This document shows positions 18,643 to 30,037 of a DNA stretch of 64,000 nt, piece by piece. Where the stretch lies: assembly GCA_965197745.1 (NCBI GenBank), contig CBDANS010000007.1, positions 1,600,001 to 1,664,000 of the forward strand. Direction: 5' to 3'. The stretch's first letter is position 1. Each line of letters starts with the position of its first letter. A model generated the notes under the pieces. It saw only the letters and a program-made list of their open reading frames with translations. It was not told the DNA's origin and ran no database searches. This DNA is from Opitutales bacterium (GTDB lineage Bacteria; Verrucomicrobiota; Verrucomicrobiia; Opitutales; PNEW01). The translations under genes and the position numbers were made by a program.

Positions 18643-19917
18643 TTATTCGCTTTTATTAAAATCCACGTAGGCCTCAGAGAGATCGGTGCTCAATAAACGG
18701 TAAGAGGCTTTGCCAAGATTTAAATTCATGTTTATACAAAACCGTTTTTTACTTACTAATTCTTTCCACCGCTTTTTATTATTTAAAAGACATCGTCCTT
18801 TTGTAATAACCGGTACCGAATGTTGTTTCGTTGTGCCAGGGGTACTATAGGCGAGATCGAGCTTTTCTTCTTGAATAGTTGCACCCGAGTAACCTGCAGC
18901 ATCGAGAATACGACCCCAGTTAGGATCACTGCCATACCAGGAGGTTTTCACCAGTAGAGAGTTTCCAATCGAACGGGCGATCTTATTGGCATCGGTTTTA
19001 TTCTTAGCTCCATCCACGTAAATTTCCACCACTTTGGTGATACGTTCACCATCGGAAACTATTTTATCGGCGAGGACTCCGCAGACATGACGCAATCCCT
19101 GAGTGAAATTATGAAATAAGCTTGATTGTGTGGGTGAAACCTTGATTCCGGATTTAGCATTGGCGAGAAGAATCACCGTATCATTAGTGCTCATGTCACC
19201 ATCCACAGTTATGGCATTAAAAGAGAGTTCAACGGCTTCGGATAATATTTTCTGAAGCAGGTTCTTGCTGATGTCAGCATCGGTGACAATAAAGGCGAGC
19301 ATAGTTGCCATACCGGGTTGAATCATACCCGCTCCTTTTGCCATTCCGCTGATCGTAATATAATCGAGATCGCTCGCTTTATCTCCAGCATGTAAATGGG
19401 GCACCTTTACGGTAATGATTTTTTCCCTCGTATCAGAAGTGAGTATTGCTTTTGCGGTGTTAAGGCCATGATCCTTCGTCGATCCCAAATTACCGGCGGC
19501 ATCTTTGATCCCCTTACGAATCTTTTGCATCGGGAGCACTTCACCGATGCGGCCGGTGGAACAGACAAAGAAAGTTTCCGGGGGTGCGTTACAGGCGCCG
19601 GCCGCGCTGAACTGCATCGACCAGGCATCTTTCATTCCACGATCCCCGGTGCAGGCATTGGCATTTCCACTATTCACGACTACTCCATGAAATTCATTTT
19701 CCACGTTCAGCAATTCCTGGCAGAGATTAACGGGCGCGGCCTTGATGGCATTTTTGGTAAAGACTCCCGCCGCAGAGCAGGGGGTAGGGGAAAAGATTAA
19801 TGCGAGGTCAAGTCGATCATCTTTTTTGTCGCGTATATCACAGGAGATACCGGCCGATTGAAATCCAGGAACATCGACGATACCTTTAGATTTTTTCTCT
19901 TCTGTGTAAGCACTCAT
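18643..19917 (-). CDS. argJ: Ornithine acetyltransferase / amino-acid acetyltransferase
   Basis: NSGNANACTG, KGAGMIQPGMATML, DGDMSTND. Confidence 0.96.
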   Translation of the reverse strand: MSAYTEEKKSKGIVDVPGFQSAGISCDIRDKKDDRLDLALIFSPTPCSAAGVFTKNAIKAAPVNLCQELLNVENEFHGVVVNSGNANACTGDRGMKDAWSMQFSAAGACNAPPETFFVCSTGRIGEVLPMQKIRKGIKDAAGNLGSTKDHGLNTAKAILTSDTREKIITVKVPHLHAGDKASDLDYITISGMAKGAGMIQPGMATMLAFIVTDADISKNLLQKILSEAVELSFNAITVDGDMSTNDTVILLANAKSGIKVSPTQSSLFHNFTQGLRHVCGVLADKIVSDGERITKVVEIYVDGAKNKTDANKIARSIGNSLLVKTSWYGSDPNWGRILDAAGYSGATIQEEKLDLAYSTPGTTKQHSVPVITKGRCLLNNKKRWKELVSKKRFCINMNLNLGKASYRLLSTDLSEAYVDFNKSE

Positions 19918-19948
19918 GAAAAATTAGAGGTTATGCTGAGAATACACT

Positions 19949-20974
19949 CTAAATCAATCCCTCATCTTCCGGAAAACCCAGCATTATATTCATAATCTGG
20001 ACAGCTTGCCCACCGGCTCCCTTCATCAGGTTGTCCTCAGCGGAATGGATGATGAAGTTGCCGGTCCGCGGATCGAGCAATGCGGAAATGTCGATTCGAT
20101 TAGTCCCGAGAAGATCTGAGGTGTGAGGAGAGGTGCCCGAGGGAAGGATGGAGATGAATGGTTTTCCTGCGTAAGCTTTTTCCCATGCAGTATAAACGGC
20201 TTCAATCTTAGTCCCGTTAGCAGGTGCAATAATCGTTGTAATGATGCCACGTATCATCGGAACAAGATGGGGAGTGAACTGGATTACGGTGTTTTCCCCG
20301 GATATTTCCGATAATTGCTGTTCAATTTCAGAGAGATGACGGTGTTTAGGGACACCATAAGGGGTAGCATCTTCCGCGCGTTCACAGAAGCTATAATATT
20401 CTTCAGTTTTTTTGCCGGCCCCACTTACGCCACTCAAGCTATTGACAATAATTCCCTGATTTGAAATTACGCCGTTACGGAGCAAGGGAATAATTGGGAC
20501 AAGGATACTGGTCGGATAACATCCAGGGCAGCCGATAATGGGAGCCTCTTTCCAGGAGCCATTATGAATTTCGGGAATTACATAAGCAGAGCGGGAGAGC
20601 AGTTCGGGGTCGGGGTGGGGGCGGCCATAAAACTCCTCATAGCGCTCGGTTGTATCGAGCCGGAAATCAGCACTCAGGTCTATTACTTTTTTTCCGGCGT
20701 CAACAAGGGGCCGTGCATATTCCACCGCTACGCCGTGGGGAAGCGCTAAAAAATACAGCTCAACATCTTTGTTTTCAGCGAGCCGGGACACTTCTGAATC
20801 GGTAAATATTAAATTTGGCAACTGGCCGCGCAGCGCAGGAATGGCATCTTCGATCGCAGAACCGGCAAGTTTACGTGAAGTGACGACGGCTAAATCCACC
20901 CGCGGGTGTCGAGCCAGCAATCGCACAAGAGTCTCTCCAATATACCCCGATGCGCCTATAACCCCAATATTCAT
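19949..20974 (-). CDS. argC: N-acetyl-gamma-glutamyl-phosphate reductase
   Basis: GASGY, DLSADFR, PGCYPT, DNLMKGAGGQAVQ. Confidence 0.96.
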   Translation of the reverse strand: MNIGVIGASGYIGETLVRLLARHPRVDLAVVTSRKLAGSAIEDAIPALRGQLPNLIFTDSEVSRLAENKDVELYFLALPHGVAVEYARPLVDAGKKVIDLSADFRLDTTERYEEFYGRPHPDPELLSRSAYVIPEIHNGSWKEAPIIGCPGCYPTSILVPIIPLLRNGVISNQGIIVNSLSGVSGAGKKTEEYYSFCERAEDATPYGVPKHRHLSEIEQQLSEISGENTVIQFTPHLVPMIRGIITTIIAPANGTKIEAVYTAWEKAYAGKPFISILPSGTSPHTSDLLGTNRIDISALLDPRTGNFIIHSAEDNLMKGAGGQAVQIMNIMLGFPEDEGLI

Positions 20975-21078
20975 GGTAAAAGAAATTCCCTGCAGTGTAT
21001 TACTGCGGGTATTGATTATTTAGATGAATTATTATGAAAACTTTCAATTAATTTAGATAAGAATAACAGCAATGTGCT

Positions 21079-21120
21079 AAAAAAACAAACCCTCCTCGGT
21101 ATCGATGAACCGGGGAGGGT
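21079..21120 (-). terminator. Rho-independent terminator after rpsI
   Basis: ACCCTCCTCGGT/ACCGGGGAGGGT stem followed by T-run on minus strand. Confidence 0.7.
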
Positions 21121-21149
21121 ATAGGTAAAAGAATCCCTGGTAAGATACC

Positions 21150-21557
21150 TTATCGTTTGGAAAACTGAAATCTTTTTCTCGCGCCCGGCTGACCCGACTT
21201 TTTGCGCTCCTTTTCACGTGGATCGCGTTTAAGGTAACCGGCCTGTTTGAGGGTAATGCGCCATTCAGGATTAAATTTTTCAAGGGCGCGAGCAAGGCCA
21301 TGAGATATTGCTCCGGCCTGACCATTTGGCCCGCTCCCATGAACCCTGATGACGGCATCAAATTGTTCGGCCGCATCGACGGCGACAAGCGGGGCTGTGG
21401 CCATTTTTGCAAGGCTCTCATGATAGCAGTAGTCAGTGAGATCGCGATCATTGACCTTATATTTGCCGCTGCCACCGGGGATGAGCCTGATGCGGGCGGT
21501 TGCCGTTTTGCGACGCCCCGTGGCGAGAAAATGTTCTTTTGGCGTGGAAGCACTCAT
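21150..21557 (-). CDS. rpsI: 30S ribosomal protein S9
   Basis: TGRRKTA, ERKK..ARKRFQFSKR. Confidence 0.98.
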   Translation of the reverse strand: MSASTPKEHFLATGRRKTATARIRLIPGGSGKYKVNDRDLTDYCYHESLAKMATAPLVAVDAAEQFDAVIRVHGSGPNGQAGAISHGLARALEKFNPEWRITLKQAGYLKRDPREKERKKSGQPGARKRFQFSKR

Positions 21558-21567
21558 TTTTCAGAAA

Positions 21568-21996
21568 TTACAATTCAATAAGCTGGGGTTGTTGTGCCTC
21601 ATGGGGATGATTAGGACCTGCATACACTTTAAGCTTTTTTAGTATATCACGGGCAAGACGATTTTTAGGGAGCATGCCTTTTACCGCGTTTTCAAAGATA
21701 AAAGCGGGTTTATTCGTTCGCAGATCACTGAATTTTCGGTATTTTTCGTTACCGAAATAGCCACTATAGGACATGTATTCCTTTTGAATTTCTTTATTAC
21801 CGCTAACCGCGACCTTGTCTGCATTGATGACAATGACAAAATCACCCGTGTCCACGTGTGGGGTGTACGTAGGTTTATTGCGTCCTCGCAAGAGATTAGC
21901 GATTTTGACAGCGAGACGCCCTAGTATCTGGTTCGATGCATCGACCACATACCATTTTTTTTCGGTTTCACCCGTTTTGGCCAGGTAACTTTTCAT
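21568..21996 (-). CDS. rplM: 50S ribosomal protein L13
   Basis: WYVVDA, LGRLA, YTPHVDTGD, AVKGMLPKN; ATG at 21996. Confidence 0.98.
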   Translation of the reverse strand: MKSYLAKTGETEKKWYVVDASNQILGRLAVKIANLLRGRNKPTYTPHVDTGDFVIVINADKVAVSGNKEIQKEYMSYSGYFGNEKYRKFSDLRTNKPAFIFENAVKGMLPKNRLARDILKKLKVYAGPNHPHEAQQPQLIEL

Positions 21997-22108
21997 AAAA
22001 TAAGGAAAGCGAAAAAGTAAGCGGCAGGCGTTACTTGTCAACAGATTTATTAATACTGTGAATCAGGTTAATAAAATCTTCGTTAATAACCGGGAACACT
22101 TATTATCC

Positions 22109-22147
22109 AAAAAAATGCAGCCCGCATCTATAATAATGCGGGCTGCA
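22109..22147 (-). terminator. Rho-independent terminator after porin gene
   Basis: 12-bp perfect stem TGCAGCCCGCAT/ATGCGGGCTGCA plus T7 on minus strand. Confidence 0.85.
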
Positions 22148-22172
22148 GAGAAATTATCAGTTAAAATCTGGC

Positions 22173-22859
22173 CTAGAAGCCAGCGGAGAAAACGGATCCC
22201 CACCAAAAATTGCCATCGCGAACGCCACTCAGGTCAGTGGATGAAACACGCATTCCAAAAGAGATGGAAGCGTTATCATTGAAGGCATAACTCCAATCTA
22301 TGGATCCGCCATAATAGACGTAATCGGTGCCCACATCAAAGTAGACACCCCCGACATAAAAGCCAACATCGATGGAGCTATTGGGGATGGATTCACTCAT
22401 ATCAAAACTGTGACCGCCAGAAAATTGGAGGGTAAATCCCTCGAGGTCGAAATCATAGTAGAAATAAACCGAAGGGGCAAGTGCGACATCAGCGGCAAAT
22501 CCAATGTATAACTCCCTAGAATAAGAGTCGGACGATGGATCTTCCGGAAACCAATAGTAGGTCAATCCCAGGTCTATACTCAGCCAGTCGGTGGGTGCAA
22601 ACCCGTAACCGCCATAGAAGTCGACTTCGTTATTGAACCCGACACCGTCAACAATAGGGGAGTTTACCCATGTCCCAAGATAGAAATCACCATAGCTAAG
22701 ATCAATCGCAGGCTGGAAGGATGAATCGGCGAATTGCACTCCTCGAAATACATATTCCGATTCAAAGGCAAAGGTAGACGATATCGCTATTTCCTGCGCC
22801 GAGACCCGGCTTATGCACATTAAAACAGTTAAAGCAATAATGCTAAGTTTCTTATTCAT
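22173..22859 (-). CDS. TorF/TIGR02001-type outer-membrane beta-barrel (putative porin)
   Basis: Signal peptide, SEYVFRG, EVDFYGGY, alternating aromatic strands, C-terminal Phe. Confidence 0.75.
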   Translation of the reverse strand: MNKKLSIIALTVLMCISRVSAQEIAISSTFAFESEYVFRGVQFADSSFQPAIDLSYGDFYLGTWVNSPIVDGVGFNNEVDFYGGYGFAPTDWLSIDLGLTYYWFPEDPSSDSYSRELYIGFAADVALAPSVYFYYDFDLEGFTLQFSGGHSFDMSESIPNSSIDVGFYVGGVYFDVGTDYVYYGGSIDWSYAFNDNASISFGMRVSSTDLSGVRDGNFWWGSVFSAGF

Positions 22860-22915
22860 TCGTTATCCTATATGTAGTTTAGAATTTTTAATTTTTTGGG
22901 TTTTCCATAGATATA

Positions 22916-22932
22916 AGCCATAAGTGTGCCAA
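22916..22932 (-). promoter_or_regulatory. Putative sigma-54 promoter
   Basis: Minus strand TTGGCACACTTATGGCT: GG-N10-GC spacing, ~57 nt upstream of porin ATG. Confidence 0.6.
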
Positions 22933-23376
22933 TACCTGATATCTGTCTCATAATTAGCGTTAATGCCTTATTTTACACAGATATCCAAGGATGTCTGTTC
23001 AGAATGAAGGCAGAAATTTTGACTAATTATAGCCATTGACGATGGCAACAGGTTGTAAACTGCACCTGTGTTCTATAATCTTTCCGGAATATGAGTGGGG
23101 GAGTGAGCTATCTTTTGGTGTGTTATTGTGAATAAAAGAGGTAAATAGCTCGCTGGAGATTCAATCCACATACCACGGGGTGAATTCTGGCAGTCAGACA
23201 GCTGGCTCTCGGCTGCGCTTCGGTAAGTTGCCTTATCATCTCAAAGAATTCATTGCAAAAGTCGATGATCTCTTATACATCAAAGGCAGGTAGTTGCTCT
23301 TTATAGCATTCGTTAAAGAGGGCACTAAAATAATATTAAAATCAGCTGATATACAAAGAAAGGGCAGGGAGAAAAT

Positions 23377-24366
23377 ATGAGCCAGGCACAAGGTCCCACG
23401 GTAGAAACGCAAGTAAGCCAACTTGATCAGCTCAAACAATTTACAAAAGTCGTAGCAGACACGGGTGATTTTGGTGCGATCAAACAATATTCTCCCCAGG
23501 ATTCGACCACTAATCCCACCCTTATTTACAATGCGGTTGAGATGGATGAATATAAACCTCTGCTGGAAAAAGCGGTTGCCGAGAACAAGGGGCATGGCGC
23601 AGCTGATGATCTCCACGTTTATTCCATAATCGACCAACTGCTCATACTTTTTGGCATCGAAATCCTGAAAATTATTCCCGGGCGTGTTTCCACAGAAGTA
23701 GACGCCCGACTCTCATTCGATACCGGGGGCACCATAGTAAAAGCGCAATCACTCATCAAACTTTATGAGGACAGGGGCATTAGCAGAGAGCGGATCCTCA
23801 TCAAGATAGCATCTACCTGGGAGGGGACCTTAGCCGCGAGAAAGCTCGAAGAACAAGGCATCCACTGTAATATGACACTGCTTTTCTCCTTACCACAGGC
23901 ACTGGCTTGTGCTGAAGCGGGAGCGACCCTTATCTCTCCCTTCGTCGGGCGTATTCTGGATTGGTACAAAGCCAGCACGGGTGAAGATTACAAGGGCGCT
24001 GACGATCCAGGCGTGCTATCAGTCCAGAAAATATACAATTACTTTAAGAAGTACGATTACAAAACCGAGGTCATGGGTGCCAGTTTTCGCAATGCCGATG
24101 AGATCGTCGAATTGGCTGGGTGTGATCTGTTGACGATCAGTCCCGATCTCCTGAAAACTTTGAAAGAGTCGCAACGACCGCTTGAGCGGAAGTTAAGTCC
24201 TGAAATTGCACAGAAACAGGATATCGAAAAAATAATTCTCGATGAAAAAACATTCCGTTGGACCCTTAATGAAGATGCCATGGCAACCGAGAAACTGGCC
24301 GATGGCATTCGCAGATTTGCCGCGGATGCCGATAAACTGGCTGACTTGATAAAAAACAGACTGTAG
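23377..24366 (+). CDS. tal: Transaldolase
   Basis: [34 protein letters not shown]. Confidence 0.97.
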   Translation: MSQAQGPTVETQVSQLDQLKQFTKVVADTGDFGAIKQYSPQDSTTNPTLIYNAVEMDEYKPLLEKAVAENKGHGAADDLHVYSIIDQLLILFGIEILKIIPGRVSTEVDARLSFDTGGTIVKAQSLIKLYEDRGISRERILIKIASTWEGTLAARKLEEQGIHCNMTLLFSLPQALACAEAGATLISPFVGRILDWYKASTGEDYKGADDPGVLSVQKIYNYFKKYDYKTEVMGASFRNADEIVELAGCDLLTISPDLLKTLKESQRPLERKLSPEIAQKQDIEKIILDEKTFRWTLNEDAMATEKLADGIRRFAADADKLADLIKNRL

Positions 24367-24386
24367 CAAAAGCAAGACGGGCATTC

Positions 24387-25238
24387 TCATCTATCACTCT
24401 CCTTCTGATTTTTCATTTCACTGGAGGTCCTTTTAGTTCGATCGAGAGGCATTAAAATAAGCCCCTTCATCGTTTGTTGCTCCGAACTATCGGTATCATT
24501 GAGACCATATTGAATCGACTCTGGTTGACGCTGCAGGCGAAAAGAAAAGAAAATTCGATCCCAGATCGAGAGGAGTGATGTGTAGTTTGAATTTGTTTCC
24601 GAGGGAACTCGAGAATGGTGCACTTTATGCATGGCAGGACTGGTAAAGAAAATACGAAGGAGACGGTCAACTTTTTCCGGGAATCCAATATTGGCATGAT
24701 GGACTTGCGTGTTGGCGAACATGATTATTTCGTATAAAACAAATTCACCCAGGGTAACCCCGGTAATGAGAAGCAGTGGTATGCGAAGGATAGATGAAAG
24801 AACAATTTCTCCAAGATGAAACCGATTGGCAGTCGTCACATCCATGAGGGGATCGGAATGGTGAACTTTATGAAAAATCCAGAGAAAGGGTAAGCTATGG
24901 TTGAAGCGATGCCACCAGTAAGTCCAAAGATCAAGAAGCAGGATTGCTCCTATGATATGAAAGCCTGAGGGAAGGGATACGCTATTGAGAAGGCCAAAGT
25001 TATGTTGCCGCGTCCACTCCATAACCATAACCCAGAGACTGACAAAAACGGCCATAACAATAAAAATGTTGATCAGTCCAATGGCTATGTTGCGGGTTCC
25101 GTGGATAAGGCGCTGGCGCCCTTTATGATTGAAAAATCCGAAATAGGGAGCCGCGCTTTCCCATAATAACAAAATGATTAATACCCCAATAGAGAGCGCT
25201 TGGCGAAAGGCTGAAATGTCCTGATAAATATTCTCCAT
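24387..25238 (-). CDS. Sterol desaturase / fatty acid hydroxylase family protein
   Basis: His boxes HRFNH, HKVHHS, HHAN, HKVHH; hydrophobic segments. Confidence 0.85.
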   Translation of the reverse strand: MENIYQDISAFRQALSIGVLIILLLWESAAPYFGFFNHKGRQRLIHGTRNIAIGLINIFIVMAVFVSLWVMVMEWTRQHNFGLLNSVSLPSGFHIIGAILLLDLWTYWWHRFNHSLPFLWIFHKVHHSDPLMDVTTANRFHLGEIVLSSILRIPLLLITGVTLGEFVLYEIIMFANTQVHHANIGFPEKVDRLLRIFFTSPAMHKVHHSRVPSETNSNYTSLLSIWDRIFFSFRLQRQPESIQYGLNDTDSSEQQTMKGLILMPLDRTKRTSSEMKNQKESDR

Positions 25239-25577
25239 TCAGGTGATAGGGTTTTTATTTAATGAATGAATTAGGTTCTTATTTCCAGTCGCGACAAAGG
25301 AACTGATAGTCTGGAAACCGGTCTGAATAATTCAATTATAGTGCATTGTCATTGTTATACAAACTCAAGGTGTAAAATGTCTATGCCTGAGATTAATAGC
25401 ACACTAACGGCCAGAATGGCTTGTCATATGTAAATTTTTTTTAAAAATAAATGGATTATTTGGCATACCATTGCCAAAAGCTTTTATTACTGCTAAGAAA
25501 CTACGGTTAAAACCATTTATTTAAATCACCATTTGATTTAATGCTTATCAGTGCGTTTAACATTTTAGAATATTATT

Positions 25578-26549
25578 ATGAGTGAAACCGCAAAAACAAT
25601 TCCGGCACCAGCTGTAAAAAATTCGCTCGACAGTTTACAGGCGAACATCGGGCAAGTGATAAAAGGGAAAGATGATGTCATTGAACAAGTGCTTATATGT
25701 ATGATTGCCTCGGGACATCTGCTTATAGAAGACCTCCCCGGTTTGGGTAAAACGACATTGGCCTACTGTCTTGCGCGTTCCATCGACTGCTCATTTACGA
25801 GAATTCAATTCACGAGTGATTTGCTGCCCAGCGATGTAATAGGCGTTTCCGTTTATGATGAACAGATAAAGGAGTTTGTCTTTAAACGCGGCCCAATATT
25901 CAGCAATATACTCCTTGCTGACGAAATTAATCGCACCACACCCAAGACCCAGTCCGCGCTCCTTGAGGTCATGGACCGAAGCAAAGTAACGGTTGACGGC
26001 CAGACTTATACAGTGGCAGCGCCATTTATGGTATTTGCGACTCAAAACCCCGTTGATTATGAGGGGACTTTTCCCTTACCCGAGAGTCAAATGGATCGAT
26101 TTCTCATGCGCCTGCAAATGGGCTATCCGGAATATGACAAGGAGTTGGAAATACTTGAAAATGGAACCTTGCGCTATGACAGCATTCACCCCGATCCAGT
26201 AATTACACGTAATGAAGTCCAGACTATCCAGCAATACGTGCATCAGGTATTTGTTGAAGAGAGCATCCTTGAATACATTTTGAGAATTATTAAAAGAACG
26301 CGGGCTGAAAGTGAATTTCTTGCCGGTGCCAGTACGAGGGGCAGTTTATCCGTGAGACTGGCATCTCAAGCGGCGGCATTAGCCGATGGCAGAAATTTTG
26401 TCATTCCTGAAGACGTGACCAAAATTTTACTCCCGGTCCTCACCCATCGCCTTGGGCTCAGGCGCCAGACTTCTGATGCTTTGGAAGAGAGAAGTATTGT
26501 CGAAGGTATCTTAAGAAAAATTATCGATGAGGAGCCCCTGCCGGTTTAA
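25578..26549 (+). CDS. MoxR family AAA+ ATPase
   Basis: [41 protein letters not shown]. Confidence 0.93.
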   Translation: MSETAKTIPAPAVKNSLDSLQANIGQVIKGKDDVIEQVLICMIASGHLLIEDLPGLGKTTLAYCLARSIDCSFTRIQFTSDLLPSDVIGVSVYDEQIKEFVFKRGPIFSNILLADEINRTTPKTQSALLEVMDRSKVTVDGQTYTVAAPFMVFATQNPVDYEGTFPLPESQMDRFLMRLQMGYPEYDKELEILENGTLRYDSIHPDPVITRNEVQTIQQYVHQVFVEESILEYILRIIKRTRAESEFLAGASTRGSLSVRLASQAAALADGRNFVIPEDVTKILLPVLTHRLGLRRQTSDALEERSIVEGILRKIIDEEPLPV

Positions 26550-26603
26550 TTTTCAAGATTACTTGTAGAAAGCAGCAGGGGTATAACAGTCCTTGGCCAT
26601 CGT

Positions 26604-27752
26604 ATGACGTCAGACACTCCATATGTAAAATCCAAATCCATGGAGTGGGCTGATCCCGGGTTTTTTACCCATCAGTCCCGCACGCGCAATTTTTTTCGCA
26701 TCTTAAAACAACTCGTATCTCCACCGGATGGACATAAAACAATTCCCACACCGGTCGGGGTGGTCCTCATTGCATTGTCTCTCGGTATTGGATCGGCTGC
26801 TTACAATACCTCGAGTAACATTCTCTTTATGACCTTATCACTGCTCTTGAGCAGCCTGTTATTAAGCGGTATTCTGGCCTGGCTTAATTTTAAAGGGACG
26901 CGGTGGCGGCTTGTCCTCGAACCCCATTTCAGGGTGGGTGAAGTGACACCCATTCGCATCGAGTTATCAAATAATAAAAAGCTGCTTCCGACCTATAGCC
27001 TGTGGTTCAGGGTAAAAGCGAAAATCTCACAATCGTCCAAACGGATGTATCTCGAGGAACGCCTCGATGCCGGAGCCTCTCGTGAACTTAATTGGATTCT
27101 CGAGTTAAAAAAACGCGGGACTGAGATAATTGAGGTCGCGGGACTGGAAACTCAATTTCCATTCGGGTTTTTGCGCAAGATCATCGGGGGTGGAATTTCA
27201 CGTGAGGTAATCGTGTGGCCACGAAGGATTGAATATTATTTTTCACCTAAATTAGGAAAACGGGGACATCAGCAGGGAAACACGCTTCTCAAACCGGGCA
27301 GCGGCACCGAACTTATCAATCTGCGTGACTATAAAGCGGGTGATCCACAACGCCTGGTTCACTGGAAAGCCAGTGCCAGACAACAGCGAATTATGGTTCG
27401 CCAGATGAGTGAAGAAAACCAGGATGCTTATTTAATATTTTTAGAAACTTCCCGCGCTGTCTGGAAGGATGATGAACAATTTGAAAAACTATGTGCATTT
27501 GCCGGCTCCCTGGCCGAAGATTTGTATATGCAGAATAGGCTGTGGGGCACGGCGATCAATGATGAAGCAGTCCTCTCGATAAAACGGTTGAGTGATTTGC
27601 ATTTCTACCTCGAAAATCTTTCAAAACTTACCCCCCTGGATCATTATACACCCGTAAATGAAAGTATGGGGGCAACGGTAATAACTTTCCTTCCCGGAAT
27701 CAATAACCGGGTAGAAGCCTATGTCGGCGGTAACAAAGCAGGGTCGGCTTAG
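26604..27752 (+). CDS. DUF58 domain membrane protein
   Basis: LRDYKAGD..VHWKASAR; FPFG; follows MoxR. Confidence 0.85.
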   Translation: MTSDTPYVKSKSMEWADPGFFTHQSRTRNFFRILKQLVSPPDGHKTIPTPVGVVLIALSLGIGSAAYNTSSNILFMTLSLLLSSLLLSGILAWLNFKGTRWRLVLEPHFRVGEVTPIRIELSNNKKLLPTYSLWFRVKAKISQSSKRMYLEERLDAGASRELNWILELKKRGTEIIEVAGLETQFPFGFLRKIIGGGISREVIVWPRRIEYYFSPKLGKRGHQQGNTLLKPGSGTELINLRDYKAGDPQRLVHWKASARQQRIMVRQMSEENQDAYLIFLETSRAVWKDDEQFEKLCAFAGSLAEDLYMQNRLWGTAINDEAVLSIKRLSDLHFYLENLSKLTPLDHYTPVNESMGATVITFLPGINNRVEAYVGGNKAGSA

Positions 27753-29991
27753 TTACGCGGAGCTTTTACAGCTCAAGTGGCTGCTCGGGGGGAGTTTGTC
27801 CTTAATCTCCTTATGGACACTGCTCTATTTAGAAGTTCGCAGTGTTCCCCTCCTGCTTACGACAGCCGGCGTGATAGCGGGAGGTTTCCTCTGGCCTCCA
27901 TTGCCCGGGAAGATACCTCCGGTCGTGATGAAAGCGGTCACTCCAGCACTCATCCTGGTCATTGTGGGAGACTTTGTAATTTCCAGTCCCGATATTATAC
28001 CGCCGCTCATACGAATGGTGGTCCTGCTCGTGCTCGTCCGTTCGCTGAGCTACCGCAATCGACGGGAAGACCTGCAGCTCATACTCCTATGCCTGTTTAT
28101 TGTTGTCATCTCAGGTGTTCTCACCCTTTCCCTTACCTTTGCTTTTCAGATAATAATTTTTACTCCCTGCGCGATGGCACTGCTCTTTGTGATCAACCTG
28201 GTGGAATGTCACGACCGGGAACATGAGATACCCGATGAGGGTTGGGCAGATTTTAATCTCTTTCATTTTCTCTTCCGCATAATGAAAGCGGTGGACATGC
28301 GGATAGTAGCATTTGCCACGATTTTATTCGTGGGAGTAGTTTTAGTTTCAACATTAATATTTATTGTCATCCCGCGATTTCGGCTTGATCAGGCCATTCC
28401 TTTTTTGAATCTAAAGAGCCAGAAGAGCCGATCAGGATTCAGTGATACTATTCATTTCGGAGAGGTCGTAGAAATAATTGAAGATAATAGCGTGGCTCTT
28501 CGTGTTGATTTGCCGGAGGGCACAAAAATCCCCCAAACTCCCTATTGGCGAATGGTAGTGCTCGATGAATATTTAAATGAGACATTTCGCATGTCCTCAT
28601 CCGCTCGGTTGAAGAACATTTACGATATTAATAATGTCATAAAATTAAAAAAAGATTACCTTGAGTCTCAGGGTTCGAGAGATGCGTCGAAATGGACCTT
28701 TTATTTAGAAGGGGGAATCAGCAGATATTTACCTTCACTCGGGTTTTATGACATCTTGCGTTTTCAGACGCGTCAAAATGTTGAAATAAATCGGCATCTA
28801 CGTATCAACAGCACCAAAGATATCAGCAGCAGTGTTCTATTTTACCAGGTGGAGAACATGCAACCGACGAATATATATCCGAGGACATGGTATGAGCGGA
28901 AATTAGCTGACTTAAAACCACTGATCATAGAACCTTTCAGTCCCCAGTCGAAGCGCGCTATTTTGTACCCGCAGACGACTTTAGTATTACCTGGCGGTAA
29001 TGATAATATTGAAATCCTGGAGAAGATCGTCGGCGAAATTACGGGAGGAGAAATGCTTTCGGCTCGCGATTTTACAAAACGCGCGCTCGATTATTTAAAT
29101 CGAAAGCATAGCTATGACCTGGGTTACGATCTATCTGAGAACCGTGACAAAGGCGATGTTATGGTTCGATGGCTTAAAACTGATGCGCCCGGGCACTGTG
29201 AACTTTTTGCAGGGGCCTTTACTTTGCTCGCGCGCACGGCAGGTCATCCTACCCGAATTGTTACGGGGTTTAAAGGGGGCGCGTGGAACGGCTATGAAAA
29301 CTATTACATGGTCCGCAACAGTAACGCCCACGCCTGGTGTGAAATTTATGATGGAAAAGATTCCTGGTTACTCGTTGATCCTACACCTGGGGCTCAAGGT
29401 ATTGATGTATCCGGTGATCTGCTTGCCGCCAGCACCTTCTATATAGATGATACCTGGCGGGCTTATCTCGATAGCTTGCGCATTCTCTGGTATCGACGGA
29501 TCGTTAATTTTGATAAAGCGACGCAGGAAGAATTAACAAACCAGATAAGACTGGTGGGTTCAGAATTTCTCAACTTCCTAAAGGATGAGATTAAACAATG
29601 GTTTAAGGAAATGGCAACCTGGTTCAATTTGCCATTAAACAGTGCGAAATTTCTGCGCCTCACAATGTTAATTGCTATTTTCATATCGGTATTGATCATT
29701 TTTCACTATCGAGCCTATTTAATTTTCCGTCTCGGTGAAGAAGCGAGGTTTCTTGGGTTTGATTTCAAAAGTGATCCGGTGCGCAAGAAAGCGGGCAAAT
29801 ATGTTGTTAAATTCCGCGATAAACAGAGCGAGATTGCGTATGCTTATGGCAGCACGACTAAAGAATGGCAAAATGTATATCGCGACCTGCTCAATCTTCG
29901 ATTCAGTGACGGTTACAATCGGCCGATTCCAAGGATCGTATTTCGCAATGCCCGCCGCCTGATTAAACAAAAACAGAAGGAATTAACTTAG
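27721..29991 (+). CDS. Membrane transglutaminase-like protein (TgpA/DUF3488 type)
   Basis: N-terminal TM helices, YWR..VLD, GHCELFA, AHAWCEIY, VDPTP catalytic triad. Confidence 0.88.
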   Translation: MSAVTKQGRLSYAELLQLKWLLGGSLSLISLWTLLYLEVRSVPLLLTTAGVIAGGFLWPPLPGKIPPVVMKAVTPALILVIVGDFVISSPDIIPPLIRMVVLLVLVRSLSYRNRREDLQLILLCLFIVVISGVLTLSLTFAFQIIIFTPCAMALLFVINLVECHDREHEIPDEGWADFNLFHFLFRIMKAVDMRIVAFATILFVGVVLVSTLIFIVIPRFRLDQAIPFLNLKSQKSRSGFSDTIHFGEVVEIIEDNSVALRVDLPEGTKIPQTPYWRMVVLDEYLNETFRMSSSARLKNIYDINNVIKLKKDYLESQGSRDASKWTFYLEGGISRYLPSLGFYDILRFQTRQNVEINRHLRINSTKDISSSVLFYQVENMQPTNIYPRTWYERKLADLKPLIIEPFSPQSKRAILYPQTTLVLPGGNDNIEILEKIVGEITGGEMLSARDFTKRALDYLNRKHSYDLGYDLSENRDKGDVMVRWLKTDAPGHCELFAGAFTLLARTAGHPTRIVTGFKGGAWNGYENYYMVRNSNAHAWCEIYDGKDSWLLVDPTPGAQGIDVSGDLLAASTFYIDDTWRAYLDSLRILWYRRIVNFDKATQEELTNQIRLVGSEFLNFLKDEIKQWFKEMATWFNLPLNSAKFLRLTMLIAIFISVLIIFHYRAYLIFRLGEEARFLGFDFKSDPVRKKAGKYVVKFRDKQSEIAYAYGSTTKEWQNVYRDLLNLRFSDGYNRPIPRIVFRNARRLIKQKQKELT

Positions 29992-30037
29992 AGCGTATGG
30001 CGAAAATGACTGACCGTCATTTTCACTCTCAACCTCC

